DNA of 64,000 nt from the NCBI RefSeq assembly GCF_016433145.1, contig NC_058131.1:696128595-696192594 (forward strand), written 5' to 3'. Below, in pieces: positions 48,560 through 60,586 of the stretch. The notes under the pieces were generated by a model. The model did no database searches, was not told the origin of the DNA, and was given only the letters and a program-made list of their open reading frames with translations. The stretch's first letter is position 1, and each line of letters opens with the position of its first letter. A program made the position numbers and the translations under genes. The stretch is from Gracilinanus agilis. Lineage: Eukaryota.

Positions 48560-48900
48560 CTTAACAAATTCCAGCTATGTCACTCTTTTTCTCAAGACTC
48601 TTCAGCAATCCTCAGCTGCCTCTAGAATCAAATAAAAACTCCTCACCTTCGCATTGAAAGCCTTACATCATATATTTTCAGGCAGTTTTCCCAGGCAGGT
48701 TTCACATTACTCTTTTGGGCGCTCCCTATTAAACTAGCCTGGCCTCCATGCTGAACCCCAAGCTTGCCATTCGATCCTTTGTCCTCTCGACTTTGCTCCC
48801 CATGCTGCCTTCCCATGCCTGGAATGCATACTCTTCCCTCACTTTCTTTAAGTGTTAGTTCATGTGCCCCTTCCTAAAATAAGCTTTTGCAAACAATAGA
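48560..48900 (+). mobile_element. L2 fragment
   Basis: 'gcctctagaatcaaataaaaactcctc' and 'cccatgcctggaatgc'. Confidence 0.65.
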
Positions 48901-48944
48901 AGCCAAGGATCACAGGATTTCCCCCTCACTTGATGTATATATTT

Positions 48945-49050
48945 TATTTTATTTTATTTTTTTAAACCCTTAACTTTGGTGTATTGTCTCATAGGTGGAA
49001 GAGTGGTAAGGGTGGGCAATGGGGGTCAAGTGACTTGCCCAGGGTCACTG
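48945..49050 (-). mobile_element. 5'-truncated SINE1_Mdo-type SINE with TSD
   Basis: Only the 3' half is present, with tgatgtatatat on both sides. Confidence 0.85.
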
Positions 49051-49509
49051 ATGTATATATATTTTAAAATGCACAACTCCCACCCTTTGCTTCTAGTTCT
49101 GTGCTCTGGGTGCAAAAAAGCCTGAATATGAGCCCTCGTCCATGTGGTGGCAGCCTTTCTGACATTTGGAGACACCTCCCATGCCTTTGGCTTCTCTTCT
49201 TTAGGCTCAGAGTTAGGGCTTCTCACCATCCTTGGTTCCCTCGACTTCTCTTCAGATGGAATGGACTCCTGGCCTTCCCAAAGGAGCAGAAGAGATAGTA
49301 GGGACTTACTCTCTCTCTGTTTCTCTGTGACCATGTTGTGTACCTACAGCCAGTAGTCTGGAGGCTCACTGAGGGTGAGGGCTGGCTCCTGCCTCAGTAC
49401 CTGAATCAGAGCGAGGACTCAAGAAGTGTTTGACTGATTGATGTGAAAGAAGCTAGGAGTCAGAGACGGGGAATCCTAGGAGAAAGAACCTGTGACTAAA
49501 CATCACCAA

Positions 49510-50615
49510 AGGGGGAGCTAAGATGGTGTTGGAGTAGCGGGAGTCTTCTGAATCTCCTTCTAACCCATCATTGCAAAGCAACTCAAAAGGACAGAAATCA
49601 AAACCAGATGAGTAAAGGGGCTCTCCCACTGGACACAGCATGAAAGGTAGGCAGTGAGTGAGGATTCCCCATCTCTAAGGGGGCGAAACTGCATGAATCA
49701 AAGCCCAAGCTGCTCACCCCTCCCCACACCCCCTACCGTGCCACTTAGAGGGAGGCCAGGCCGATTTCTCAATTGTTGGAGGTTGGCTGAAAGCAACACA
49801 GAATTATCCCTGAGGGTATTACCAGGTCTTGACAGTGAGACTTGAGGCTGAAGAGCATGGAGCTTGGGCAGCAGTGTGGCTAACAAGGCAGCAGGGGCTG
49901 GGAAGATAGCCTCAGGACAAAACACACAGTGCAGCTGAAAATCAAAGCAGCAAAAGCCAAGGGAGATAGCCTCAGGACAAAATGCTTTAAAGGGGGCATT
50001 TTCATCACAGATCAACTTGCCCTTACTCAGGCTTCTGAAAGGGAAGGGAAGGTAGTACCAAGGCAAAGCCCTGCAAGACAGAAGCTAAGAAAGCAATGGC
50101 CACCAACATGCAGGAGTCCCAATCCTCTAGCAGCAAAAGGAATAAGCAACAGCAAAAAAAAAGCTCTTGACCCTGGAGAATGTCTATGGAGAAAAAGAGC
50201 AAAATACAGAAGGAATAATAAAGAGTAACAAACAAACAAAACAAAACTTTCCCCCAAAATGGAAATTGGTCACAAGTTCTGGAGGAACTCAAAAAGGAGT
50301 TCAAGAACCAAGAAAGACAAAAGAAAAATGGGAAAAATAAATGAAAATATTACAAAAAGAAAATAACAGCTTAAAAGACAAAATTGCCCATATGGAAAAA
50401 GAGGCACAGGAATCAAATGAAATAATAAGCAAATTGGAGACCAGAATTGACCTACTGGAATCCATGAAAAGCAGGATAGACCAAGCCAAAAAGGAAAATC
50501 AAAAGATCATAGCTGAAAATCAGTCTCTAAATTCTAGAATTGGACAAGTAGAAGCTAATGATCTCATGAGACAACAAGAATTAAAGCAAAATCAAAAGAA
50601 TGAAAAAATAAAGAT
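49510..50615 (+). mobile_element. LINE-1 5'UTR and first half of ORF1 (coiled coil), with no ORF2
   Basis: 'ggagctaagatgg' start. ORF1 remnants MATNMQESQS..., EELKKEFKNQ and KLETRIDLLESMKSRIDQAKKENQKIIAENQSLNSRIGQVEANDLMRQQE, with frameshifts. Confidence 0.85.
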
Positions 50616-51229
50616 CTCCAAAGGGAGGGAATCAATGAAGTATCATTGTTGGAGTGTTCTCTAGACAGAGATAGAGAGAAAGAAGGAACAGATGAGAAGG
50701 TCATGACATATCACAAACCTTGCAAGGAGATAAGAGAGAATATGTTCATCTTTTGGCCTTGTCCCAGCTGAGGAGGAGGAGGAAGAGGAGAAGGAACTGG
50801 TCATCCAAGAAGGAAAGACTGAACCTGTCAGAGGAAGGCAAGCTTTCTTCTCTAGGACTTGCAGAACCGCAGGAGAGAAAAATCTGCACATATTCCTTGG
50901 GGATGGGGGTGTGTAGGGAGGGAACATAAAGGTTTCAGAAGAAGAAAGATTCAGCTAACTGAACTCAGCAACCCAGTGTTGGATAAGCTTGTGACCATGA
51001 CTTTGAGAAGAACTTCTAATCTAGGGAAGTCTTTAAGTCCAACACCTTCATCATGACAAACACTCTAAGATCAGTGTAGATAATGGCCTCAGTAGAAGAG
51101 GTCAGACCATTAAAGCCCTAAAAATGACGAGATGGGGTGCTTTTCACAGATGTGACTTGGAGAAGAAGGCTTAGCCAAATGAGAGACAGAGTCCATCACA
51201 TGATAGACGTGGATGATTTAGATGAAATA

Positions 51230-52100
51230 CAATTGAAATTATTTATACACAAATTCAGCATGCTAAAGTAAGCAGGGAGAAGTGTAGGGAAAGAAATCTT
51301 TGCCATCAAATAGCTTTGAAAATAGTGTAACATCCAAGACACAGAGCTTATTAATATAAACTTTGACCACGAGCCATTTTTTAGTGGCCAAATGTATAGA
51401 GGACACGAACCAACAGTTTTCAGAAGAGGATTGACAAAATATTAGTAACTGCATAAAAGATTACTTGGAATCACTAATTTTAGGAGAAACGTATGTCAAG
51501 ATAACTCTGAGACTCCAAACCACACCCAGAAAATTGTAAAAGGTGTCACAAAATAGAAATAGTGTGTATTTAGGAGAAAGTGAAAAGACGGGCTCTCGGC
51601 TATATTATCTATGGAGCCATGAATTTGTCCAGCTATTCTGGAAAGCAATGTGCAATTATGTGAAAAAAAGTGATTCAAATGCCTCAACCCTTTAACTCAG
51701 ATCCAATTGCTCACCATATGTGAGCCAGCAAGGTAAAAGGCAGAAAGAAAGGTCCTGTCCACATCACATATTGACAGTAGCATCTTTTGTAGATGCAAAG
51801 TGCTGGAAACAAAGCTGGTGCTCTTCTCATCTATTAAGGAGTGGCTTAACAAACTGTGGGAAGCATAAGGAAAACATCATGTCCAATGACTACATCGTTC
51901 AGCCAATACAGATAACAAAACCAAACAAGCCAAAACTTGGCTCTCGGCAATTGAAATGACCCAGTGTGGCCCTTGCGAAGAGGTGAGAAATTGCACCCTT
52001 TTCTCCCTTTCCCCTTTTTATGAAGGACTGGGTAATAGGTATGGAATGTCACATCTTCAGGCACAAACAAATGTCAACCTTGTTGACACGTTGGTTAGTT
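51230..52100 (+). mobile_element. Old LINE-1 ORF2 3' fragment
   Basis: 'acagttttcagaagagga', 'ataactctgagactccaaaccacacc', 'tattctggaaagcaat' and 'gagtggcttaacaaactgtgg'. Confidence 0.8.
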
Positions 52101-53181
52101 TTTCTGAGCTTCTTTTGTCCTCTTTCTGTTCAAATCTCTGGTCCTGTGGATGTCTTGCTGGCTTGGGAATGCGGGGAGGGTAGTTTCAGCAATGAAGTTG
52201 ATTTAGCAATAACAGCTAACAATGAAAATAAGATTAAAAGCAACAAAAATGCAATGTGGCTTGTCTACACAACAACACAGCATGAGAGCATGAGTTTGCA
52301 TTTGTTGGAATGCGAGCAGAGCGGATTGAAAAATATGTTAGCTATTGAAGGGACCGACTCCTCTGGGACACATTTCCAGCTGCCACTGGGTTCTGGAGGC
52401 GATTGCAATGAAACTCGACAAAGCATCAGTGTCAACACATGCCCTCTTTTTATTCAGCTCCCAGTGGTGAGAGTGTGAGCATATGTCCATTGGAGTGTCT
52501 ACATGCTGGCGATTTAATTAGGCTGATCCCAAGCAATTCGCCTTGTGATGTGAAGATGTTTCGTTGATGGTCTCTCTGGTCCTCACCATGTCATGGGGCC
52601 ATGCAGGGGCAGCTTGGTTTAATAAAGGCAGGAAGCCCTGAACAAAGTTCTAGATCTCCTCAGTGTGATTTCCGGGAGCCCCTTGTCTTCTCTTTGGCTC
52701 AGTTTCCTCATATGTAAACTGAAAGGGTGGGATAGGGAGGTTCCTTCTAGTTCTGCCATTGTTTGATTCTGAGACAGTGATTTAGCTCACTAAGACGGGG
52801 AGAGCTCCTGCTGGCCTGATTTCAGGACCTGCTTCCTCTCAGAGTGCTCAGCTAAACATGTATGGGGCGGACAGCACAGGTTTAGTCAAGAAATTTTAAA
52901 ATAAAGCTTTTGCCACCCTTGATTTTGATGTGTTTGACAAATCAGACTTTTGGCTCTCATAATCACAGAGCAGGACTTGGACAATTGTTTGAGAGGAAAG
53001 CAAGCTCAACGAACAGAAGAATGGCTTAAATGGAAACCCACATGGCGGCTGAGTTCATTTCTGTTTGCCAACATGGCTTCTGTGTTTTGGTGACAGTGTC
53101 TGCAGAGATGAGTTTCTGAGTAACATTTTCCTCTGACTGTTCTAAAGTGTCGATTTTCTTTGGCTTCCTTTCTTCCCTGGC

Positions 53182-53358
53182 NNNNNNNNNNNNNNNNNNN
53201 NNNNNNNNNNNNNNNNNNNNNNNNNNNNNNNNNNNNNNNNNNNNNNNNNNNNNNNNNNNNNNNNNNNNNNNNNNNNNNNNNNNNNNNNNNNNNNNNNNNN
53301 NNNNNNNNNNNNNNNNNNNNNNNNNNNNNNNNNNNNNNNNNNNNNNNNNNNNNNNNNN
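53182..53358. other. Assembly gap (N run)
   Basis: Run of n. Confidence 1.
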
Positions 53359-53639
53359 TAATTTCCTCCAAGTGCCAAGGTTTGCAAAGTTTTCTCTGTC
53401 TATCTATCTGCCTGCCTGCCTGTCTCTTTGTCTCTATTTCTGTCTGTCTTCCTATATATTGATATCTTCCTATTTTGAACTCACAGCACATCATTGAGGT
53501 AAATGCTCTTATTTCCCCCATTTTCCAGATGAGGAGAATGAGGCTGAAGGAATGAAAGGACTTCTATCTACAGCTCCTAGGAGGATGTGTCAGTGAGGAT
53601 TTCAAATTCAAGCTTTCTCGACTCCAAGGGTAGTGTTTT

Positions 53640-54050
53640 GTCCCCTGCCTGCCCAGGAGTACACAATGGAGAGGGAATACCTCCTGGCCCTGTGTTTAGC
53701 ATTGTGTTAAGGAACATTTTTATCAAAGATTTGAGTCAAGGCCGAGGGGAGCCATCCTCACAAAGGATGCCGGTAGAGTAAAGGAGCATTCAGCAAGAGC
53801 TTGAGGAAGAAAGGGTGCTTCGAGCTGGGTGGTTCCCCCCTGCTGAGAGGGACAGATACTCATCAGTCAGACGATAGCACAAAAGAAGGCTGCTGCCTAC
53901 CTGGAAGACACCCAGATAGGGATGGAGAACTGACCAGGCAATATCAAAACTTATGGCTACCATTCCTGGTAGTCTGGTGATTTCTATGGCAACGCATGAT
54001 TCTTCCAGTAAAGATACGTGAAGCATTTCTCAGGGCCATGCCCCGATGCC
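53640..54050 (+). mobile_element. L3/CR1 RT fragment
   Basis: GIPPGPVFSIVLRNIFIKDL resembles CR1 GVPQGSVLGPVLFNIFINDL. Downstream 'ctggaagacacccagataggg' resembles the L3 3' ORF2 region. Confidence 0.6.
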
Positions 54051-54588
54051 CATCGGCATTGGAAGTCGAAGGCCTTAGAAGCCCAGGCGGTGTTTTCCTC
54101 ACTGCTCCAATGGGAAAGAAGGATCTGGGAATTAAACAGATGGTTAAGAACATGGTACCTGAGCACGAATCTGTAGTTTGGGATAATGGTTCAAAATGTA
54201 GGAATGATGGGCTCCTGATGAGGGCAGATAAGACCCCCAAATTCAACAGGATTCTCCTGATCTAATCTAAGGTTTTGAATTGAAAAGGGAGAGAGAGGAC
54301 TTTCCTAAGCGTATCTCCAAGCCAGATACCGTAGGAGGAGTTATGAAAAAGAGAATTAGCAGCCAAGAACCTCCAGAAATTCAAAGGAGACAAAATTCAA
54401 GGAGGAAGCCAGTAATGTAAGCCATGGCCTCATGCTAAAACACAGACACAGGCAAAGACACACGAGGAACAAACAAGGACAATTTGGGTTTCAAACCTAA
54501 TGAGGGAACTTTGAATTCTAGGTCAGACAGATTTGGTGGGAGGAGACAGTCCTGAATGATGGCTCTACATAACTGCTTATATTTTCTC

Positions 54589-54615
54589 TGTGTATGTGCG
54601 TGCGTGCGTGCGTGC

Positions 54616-54647
<32 letters not shown>
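54589..54647. repeat. (TGCG)n(TG)n alternating purine-pyrimidine tract
   Basis: Directly visible. Confidence 0.95.
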
Positions 54648-54680
54648 ATCAGAATTGTGATTTCCCAGCTTCAGGAAGCT

Positions 54681-54878
54681 CCTTTTTTTCTTTTTTTTTT
54701 TTAAACCCTTAACTTCTGTGTGTTGGCTCCTAGGTGGAAGAGTGGTAAGGGTGGGCAATGGGGGTCAAATGACTTGCCCAGGGTCACACATCTGCGAAGT
54801 GTCTGAGGCCGAATTTGAACCCAGAACCTCCCATCTCTAGGCCTGACTCTCAATCCGCTGAGCTACCCAGCTGCCCCC
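54681..54878 (-). mobile_element. SINE1_Mdo-type SINE with TSD
   Basis: Full body, with caggaagctccttt on both sides. Confidence 0.95.
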
Positions 54879-56009
54879 CAGGAAGCTCCTTTAATTGCAA
54901 ACAGGGAAGTTTCCTCTGCATTCTTATCTTGGACAGTCCTTTCCTCCTGCCTCAGTTTCCCATCTATCCCTAAGTCACTAACCGCATCCTACTTCTTACT
55001 CTTCCTGGCCTGATATTCGGTGTCTCTATGGGAACTCCAAGTTCTGCTCTTGGTGGATGGACTCTATTCCTCTATGATGCTGAGTGGCCCCATTCATCGC
55101 CCATTTCCCCAGGTCACCTCTTTAACTCTTAGACCGATGGTCTTTGCCTCCCTTTCCAGGGGGATCCGTTTATTCTCACTGGCAAGGAACCCCGACAATA
55201 TCCTGAGTCTCTAGAGCCTGGTTCAATTGCTTGCCATCCACTCTGACTCCAGTTTCGATCTCCTTTGTAAATGGGGCGCCCCCTGCCTTCACAAGGTGCC
55301 TTCACAAGGCTGCCCGCTGCTTTGTGTGCTGTATAAATAATGGGGGGGCTGGCCGGCCCCTTTAAGCCCCTTCCGAACCCCAAAGCCCACCTGGATCTCC
55401 AGTCAGCCCGTTTGTTCTGCTCCAGTTTGGCGATCCCTTAATTGGAACATTCATGCTTCCTGTGGAATTGTGGCCAATGAATTGTTAGCCCAAGGACTAA
55501 TATTGGGGTTCCTGATCTCTCTTTCCCAGCCAGCCCGCACGCTTCCACTGTCCGGAGGGACGCCAGTCTGCCAGCAGAGACGTGCGAGACCTGAGCAGGC
55601 GCTGGGCAGACTGGCGAATGTGGAGCCTGAGCCCCTGTGGAAGGCACTGCGATGCCGGCCGGGCCGCTGGGGCGTCTCTCGGGTGCCATTCAGTGAGCAT
55701 TTATCCCGCCTCCCTGTGTCCGAGAAGCCGGGGCTCGAGGCCAAAAAGGGGAAACTCTTGGGGCCTCGTCTCTGCCAAGAGTCGCCCCACTCGCCCTCTG
55801 AAGCCCCTTTCAGGTACGGCAGTCTGTGATGGGAGGACTAGAAGGACATTTAATGGCTCGAACCCTCCATTTCATTAAATAAGGACTCCGACGTGGACCT
55901 TCACTCAATGAACAAGCGCCGCTTTGTGCTCTGTGGTAGGTTCTGGGGAAACAGAAGCAAATCCACGTCAACATTTCTGCTGAGCAGCGAGGCGCCACGT
56001 AGAGAGAGG

Positions 56010-56255
56010 GTTGGGCCTGGAGTCAGGAAGGCAGGCAGGAAGGAAGAGCCCTTTTCCCGAGTGGAGCTCAAATCCGGCCTCAGATACGTTCTAGCTTTGT
56101 GGCCCTGGTCAAGTCACTTGATCCTGGTGCCTCAGTTTCCTCATCTGTGAAATGAGCTGGAGAAGCACATGGCCAACCCCTCTAATGTCTGTGCCTCGGG
56201 AACCCCAAACAGAGTCATGAAGAGCCGGACATGACTGAAATAATGCAACAGCTGA
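56010..56255 (+). mobile_element. MAR1 SINE (CORE head plus RTE-derived tail)
   Basis: MIR core 'aagtcacttgatcctggtgcctcagtttcctcatctgtgaaatgag' followed by 'gaaccccaaacagagtcatgaagagccggacatgactgaa'. Confidence 0.85.
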
Positions 56256-56879
56256 GCCGGAGGCTGTAAAGGCTGTCGTGCGTTTGGCATTCTCGGCCTT
56301 AAAAACAAATGCGGACGTTTTCCCTCAAGTTTTCACATTTGGGGTCTCTCTCAGGGAGGATCCCTTCCTTCTCCCCAACGCTGAGGAATCAGGTTGGGAA
56401 AAAAGTCCTTTTCCAAGGAAGCAGCGCTGTGGGGACAGGAAGTTCACTCTGGGGATGGGGACTTGCTCAGATCCTCCGGGCCGCCCAGTGAGAGGTGCAG
56501 GGTGGGGCGGCCTGGGACGAATGGCAGCTGGTGCCCGTACTAGGTTGGAAGGTCTGCAAAGACTTTTCCATGCCTTTCCTAAAGGGTCTTCTGGCAGCTC
56601 TGGGACTTCGGTGGGGACCAGCCCCATTTTATAGAGGAGGAAAGTGAAGCTCATATATCAAGCCATTCGTCCCTGGAGACACACACGGTGCTAAGGGTGG
56701 GATTTGAATCCAGGTCTCTTGCCTCTTGGCCTAGCTTTCTTTGCATCGCACCACACTTCCTATACAAGACCAGAAAGGTGTGGGTGCTCCTCTTTCTTCT
56801 GTCCACTTCTGCCTGGAGGGCAGCCCTCCCTTTTGGGTTTTCAGCAGCGATAAGAGGTCTGGACAGCCAGGGGGGGTTC

Positions 56880-58500
56880 TGCAGAGTCCTGGCCCTTGCT
56901 GGCTGCATCTGCCCGCAGGGAGATGCCGCTCCTCTTTCCAGATGGCCCTCAGAAGCGTCGCTGGGTGGGTTCTCTTGCTTTGGGGCTGCCCGCTAAAGCG
57001 GGGATCCTTTTCTGGTCTCTGAAGGCCGCCTTGCTAACGTCCCAGGGTTCCCGTGGCCGCCCTCCTCTGGCTGTGGCGCGGCGGGCGAGAGATTCCCGGG
57101 ACGGCCGGGGCCGATTCCACAAGTCAGGAGTGCCTCCGCCGTGTCACCTGCCGGGCAGGGGGAGAGCTCCGGGGCGAGCCAGGAGGCTGCTTTTGTCCTG
57201 TTGTTTTCTCCCACCTTAGCTGGGCCGCTGGGGTGCCCGGCACGCAGATTCCTGCCCTTCCAGGGCTCTCTTTTATGGGCTTGGCGCGAGCGTAATCGAA
57301 CTCTTTTCAAACTCTTCCCGAGCCAGCTTGGTCTCAGCAGAGCAGAGTTAGCTGGGAAGGCAAACCCCAAGCGGGACAGAAGGGCGACCCCCCAGCTTCC
57401 AGGAGGGCCCCCCAAACCGCCGTCATCCGGCCGGCGGAATTCTCGGCCCACTCAGCTTACTTGGGCCTGAGACCCCCCGCCCTGCTCGTCAGCCCCGTCT
57501 GGCTCCGAGGGATGCTCGTCCCTCCCCCATTCTAAGAGGAAGCAGAGCGAAGTTAAACATGGAGCACTGCCGACTTCTGAGCGAAGGAACTCAGGAAGTA
57601 ACAGCTAGACGGGCCTGAGAGGCAGGACATGGAGTCCCCTCGTCCTCCTCCTCCTATCGACGAGGAAACGAAGAGCAGACAAGGGAAGCGACGGCTCTAA
57701 AACACACAGCTAAGAGGGGGGCAAAGATGAGACTCCAATCCAGGAGGCCCTGTGGAGAGAGAGAGAGCCCTGCCCAGGAGGCAGGAAGGCCCGAGTGCGA
57801 ATCCAGCTTTGGGCACTTCCTGCTCGTGTGAGCCCAGGCAAGTCACTTAATGTGTCACCTCCATTTCTTCAACCATAAAAGGGGGATGACCTCGCCCGCC
57901 TCCCAGGTGCTCCATGCCGCAGGGCTGCCGGAGTGCTCGGGCCATTCACCTTCATTCAAATACTGTCCTTTCGGTTGTGAGCTCCGGCTAAGCGCCATCC
58001 GTATCATCAACACGTCTTCTCCCGTGATGGTCCGTATATTCTGGGTCATTCGGTGTTGGTGCAGCTCCTGCTGTGTCGCTGTCCTTGTCACGTGGGCCGC
58101 GGTGCCACGAAGGCCAGAGAAGAGGCCCAGCTCTGCAGCAGGAGAGGCCAGCAAGCCCCCGAGTTCAGAGCAGGTGGCTGTGGGACAACTGGGGGGGAAG
58201 CGGCAGAGAGAGGGGCCCCAGAATGAAGGGGGGCAGCCCGGGGCCCGAGGCTTCCCTGCGGCGGCCCCCCTTCTTCGGGCCACCTCCCTGGGCATGCAGC
58301 GTCCTTCTCGTCCTCGTTGCCTTTCTCCTTCTTGGAGGCATCACGTCGCAGACAGCGCCGCCATCACGTTATTAATTAGGAAGGCTCCGTCCCCAAATGA
58401 GCCCTTGTCTCCTGCGTCTGCATGAAAGATGAGCACATTAAGAGGAAACGTGGCCCGAGAGCAGCCCCACTGTTGGTTTCCAAAGGGCCGCGGAAGCCAA
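56880..58500. promoter_or_regulatory. CpG-island-like GC/CpG-rich segment
   Basis: Visibly dense CpG (for example 57050-57200 and 57420-57520) against a CpG-poor background. No TSS or first exon identified. Confidence 0.45.
57945..58110 (-). mobile_element. Possible Tc1/mariner transposase C-terminal remnant
   Basis: Minus-strand frame TQQELHQHRMTQNIRTITGEDVLMIRMALSRSSQPKGQYLNEG resembles mariner C-termini (..L..IP.EDF...........KG.YFEG). No TIR or TA TSD found. Confidence 0.4.
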
Positions 58501-58560
58501 GGACTAGAGACCGAGGCCAGGGAACTGTGGCAAGGAAGGACAGCCAGACTCGGAGAAGAC

Positions 58561-58801
58561 NNNNNNNNNNNNNNNNNNNNNNNNNNNNNNNNNNNNNNNN
58601 NNNNNNNNNNNNNNNNNNNNNNNNNNNNNNNNNNNNNNNNNNNNNNNNNNNNNNNNNNNNNNNNNNNNNNNNNNNNNNNNNNNNNNNNNNNNNNNNNNNN
58701 NNNNNNNNNNNNNNNNNNNNNNNNNNNNNNNNNNNNNNNNNNNNNNNNNNNNNNNNNNNNNNNNNNNNNNNNNNNNNNNNNNNNNNNNNNNNNNNNNNNN
58801 N
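58561..58801. other. Assembly gap (N run)
   Basis: Run of n. Confidence 1.
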
Positions 58802-59977
58802 CATGATATGTTCATGAGACGGGCTGCCTCCTGCTCTGGGCATAGCTGCTGCTGCTGCCTGAGTAGAGCTGGCAGGGCTGGCAGGCTGGGAAGGAGAGCA
58901 GACGTTGCCCAGTGCTTTCCCCAAGGATTCGCCCTCTGCATCGAGGATGACTCCACGTCTGGCTCCGGGTCTTGTAAAGAGGGGAGGAGAGAGGAGAAAG
59001 ACAGAGAAGGGCGGCTGCTTCCACGCTACCTACCGGAAAACTAGGAAGTGAGCCATGCCTGGGTGGGCCCTTATCTCAGGCCTGTGACTGAGGGGATCCT
59101 TTCTGAGGCGCAGCTCTCTGGGGCTGTCAGTGCCGAAAAGGGAGGCCCTTGAAGGTGGCGCCCTTCGTAGCGAGCTCTTCCTGCACAGGGATGGGGCGGC
59201 TCCTCGCCGTACGCCCCCATCCCGTTCCACTCTCATCGGAGCAGCCCAGAAGAGATGGCACCGAGCGGTGGGCAGCCTGTGAGGACAATGTATTCAGCCC
59301 TTCCTGATAGGCTGGAGACGCCCCCAGAGAAGGGCGACCAGCACAGCCAGGGGCTTAGAGAGAGCTTCTGTCAGCTGAGAAAAGGGGAGCCGCATCGGGA
59401 AGGTTTACCCTGACAAAGGTCGGACCATTTTCTTGCAGTATTGGAAAGAGTGTCCGGGAAGGATTACCGTCTCCACCTATGACGTCCCTCTCTGGATGGT
59501 GACACCCAGCCCGAAGGGGCCGGGGCGCTTGGCTCTCCTCCCAGCGCAGTCATGGCTACTTTCCTGCAGTCCAGTATTAAACCCCAGAGTTTAATAAGCC
59601 CTGCCCCCACCCAAGGGCCTTAGTGGACAGTTCTTAGAGGCGGGAGGCACCCCCTTGCCCTGGCAATGCTCCCATTCCAAGGTCTCTCACCAAACTGGGA
59701 CCTCAAAGAGCACTTCCCGATAAGCCTTCCTCTCTGTAAGGCTCCGTGCTAGAGCCGAGGCCTTCAAGACACAAGAAACCGCTTTTCAGTCTGAGAAATA
59801 AATCAGGGGCTTCCTTTTCAGGCAAAGGACACTTCCTGAGAGCCCCAAGGACTAATCCCTCCACGGCTCTCAGAAGCCCACATATGGGGGAGCAGGAGGC
59901 CTGGCCCTGCCCGTTCCCTTAAGAAGGAATCTGGGGAAGCTTTGATGCTCTTGCTACCTGGGCTGGGGTGGGGGCTG

Positions 59978-60096
59978 GTTTCCATAGAAACAGGTTCCGT
60001 GGCTGGACAAAGAGACTCAGGAAAATTTTCTGATACTGATGATTTCTAGGCCCCTTTTCCCCTTCTCCTCCTTTGGATGCCTGTTTCCATGGCAAC
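59978..60096. promoter_or_regulatory. Pair of RFX X-box motifs
   Basis: GTTTCCATAGAAAC at 59978-59991 and GTTTCCATGGCAAC at 60083-60096. Confidence 0.55.
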
Positions 60097-60361
60097 CAAA
60101 GGCCCCTCTCCATCCCTGTCTCCAAGGCTGTGGGAGGCAGCCCATGTGTCCAGAGCTCTCAGGACGCATGGAGCCTCCGTGATGGCACCCTGTGTAGACA
60201 AGACGAGGTTGAGATGCCTTTGCAGCCGGGCAGGGCCAGTGGTCAGCTCATTGACCCCAGAGCTCTTTCTGTCCTTGACTGTGATCACCAAAGCCTTTGA
60301 AGACATTGCAATAAGGCTAAAGAAGGAGGCAGTCTTTGGAAAGATCCATCATCCCCTCGTG

Positions 60362-60586
60362 CTGTGATGGCGAACCTTTTAGAGACGGGCTCCCAGATGG
60401 AGACCCTCGTGCCGCATGTGAGGCCCCCACCTTACGCCAGACAGGGGAAGGAGGATGGTCTCCCAATGGGCTGCTGGGCAGCGGGGTGGGTGATGGGAGA
60501 AATGGCCTCAGGTGGGCTTGGAGAGGGGGAGAGGAGCAGCCCCCTCCGGTACGGTCCGGCACACGTGCCCTAGTTTGCCAGCATGG
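60362..60586. mobile_element. Non-autonomous hAT/Charlie MITE (OC1/OposCharlie1-like), 225 bp
   Basis: Left TIR ctgtgatggcgaacct and right end ggcacacgtgccctagtttgccagcatgg. The flanking 8-mers ccctcgtg and tcctagtg match at 6/8, consistent with an eroded 8-bp hAT TSD. Confidence 0.75.

Noticed and set aside
50341-50664. Coiled-coil ORF as a host gene
   Set aside because: It is L1 ORF1p.
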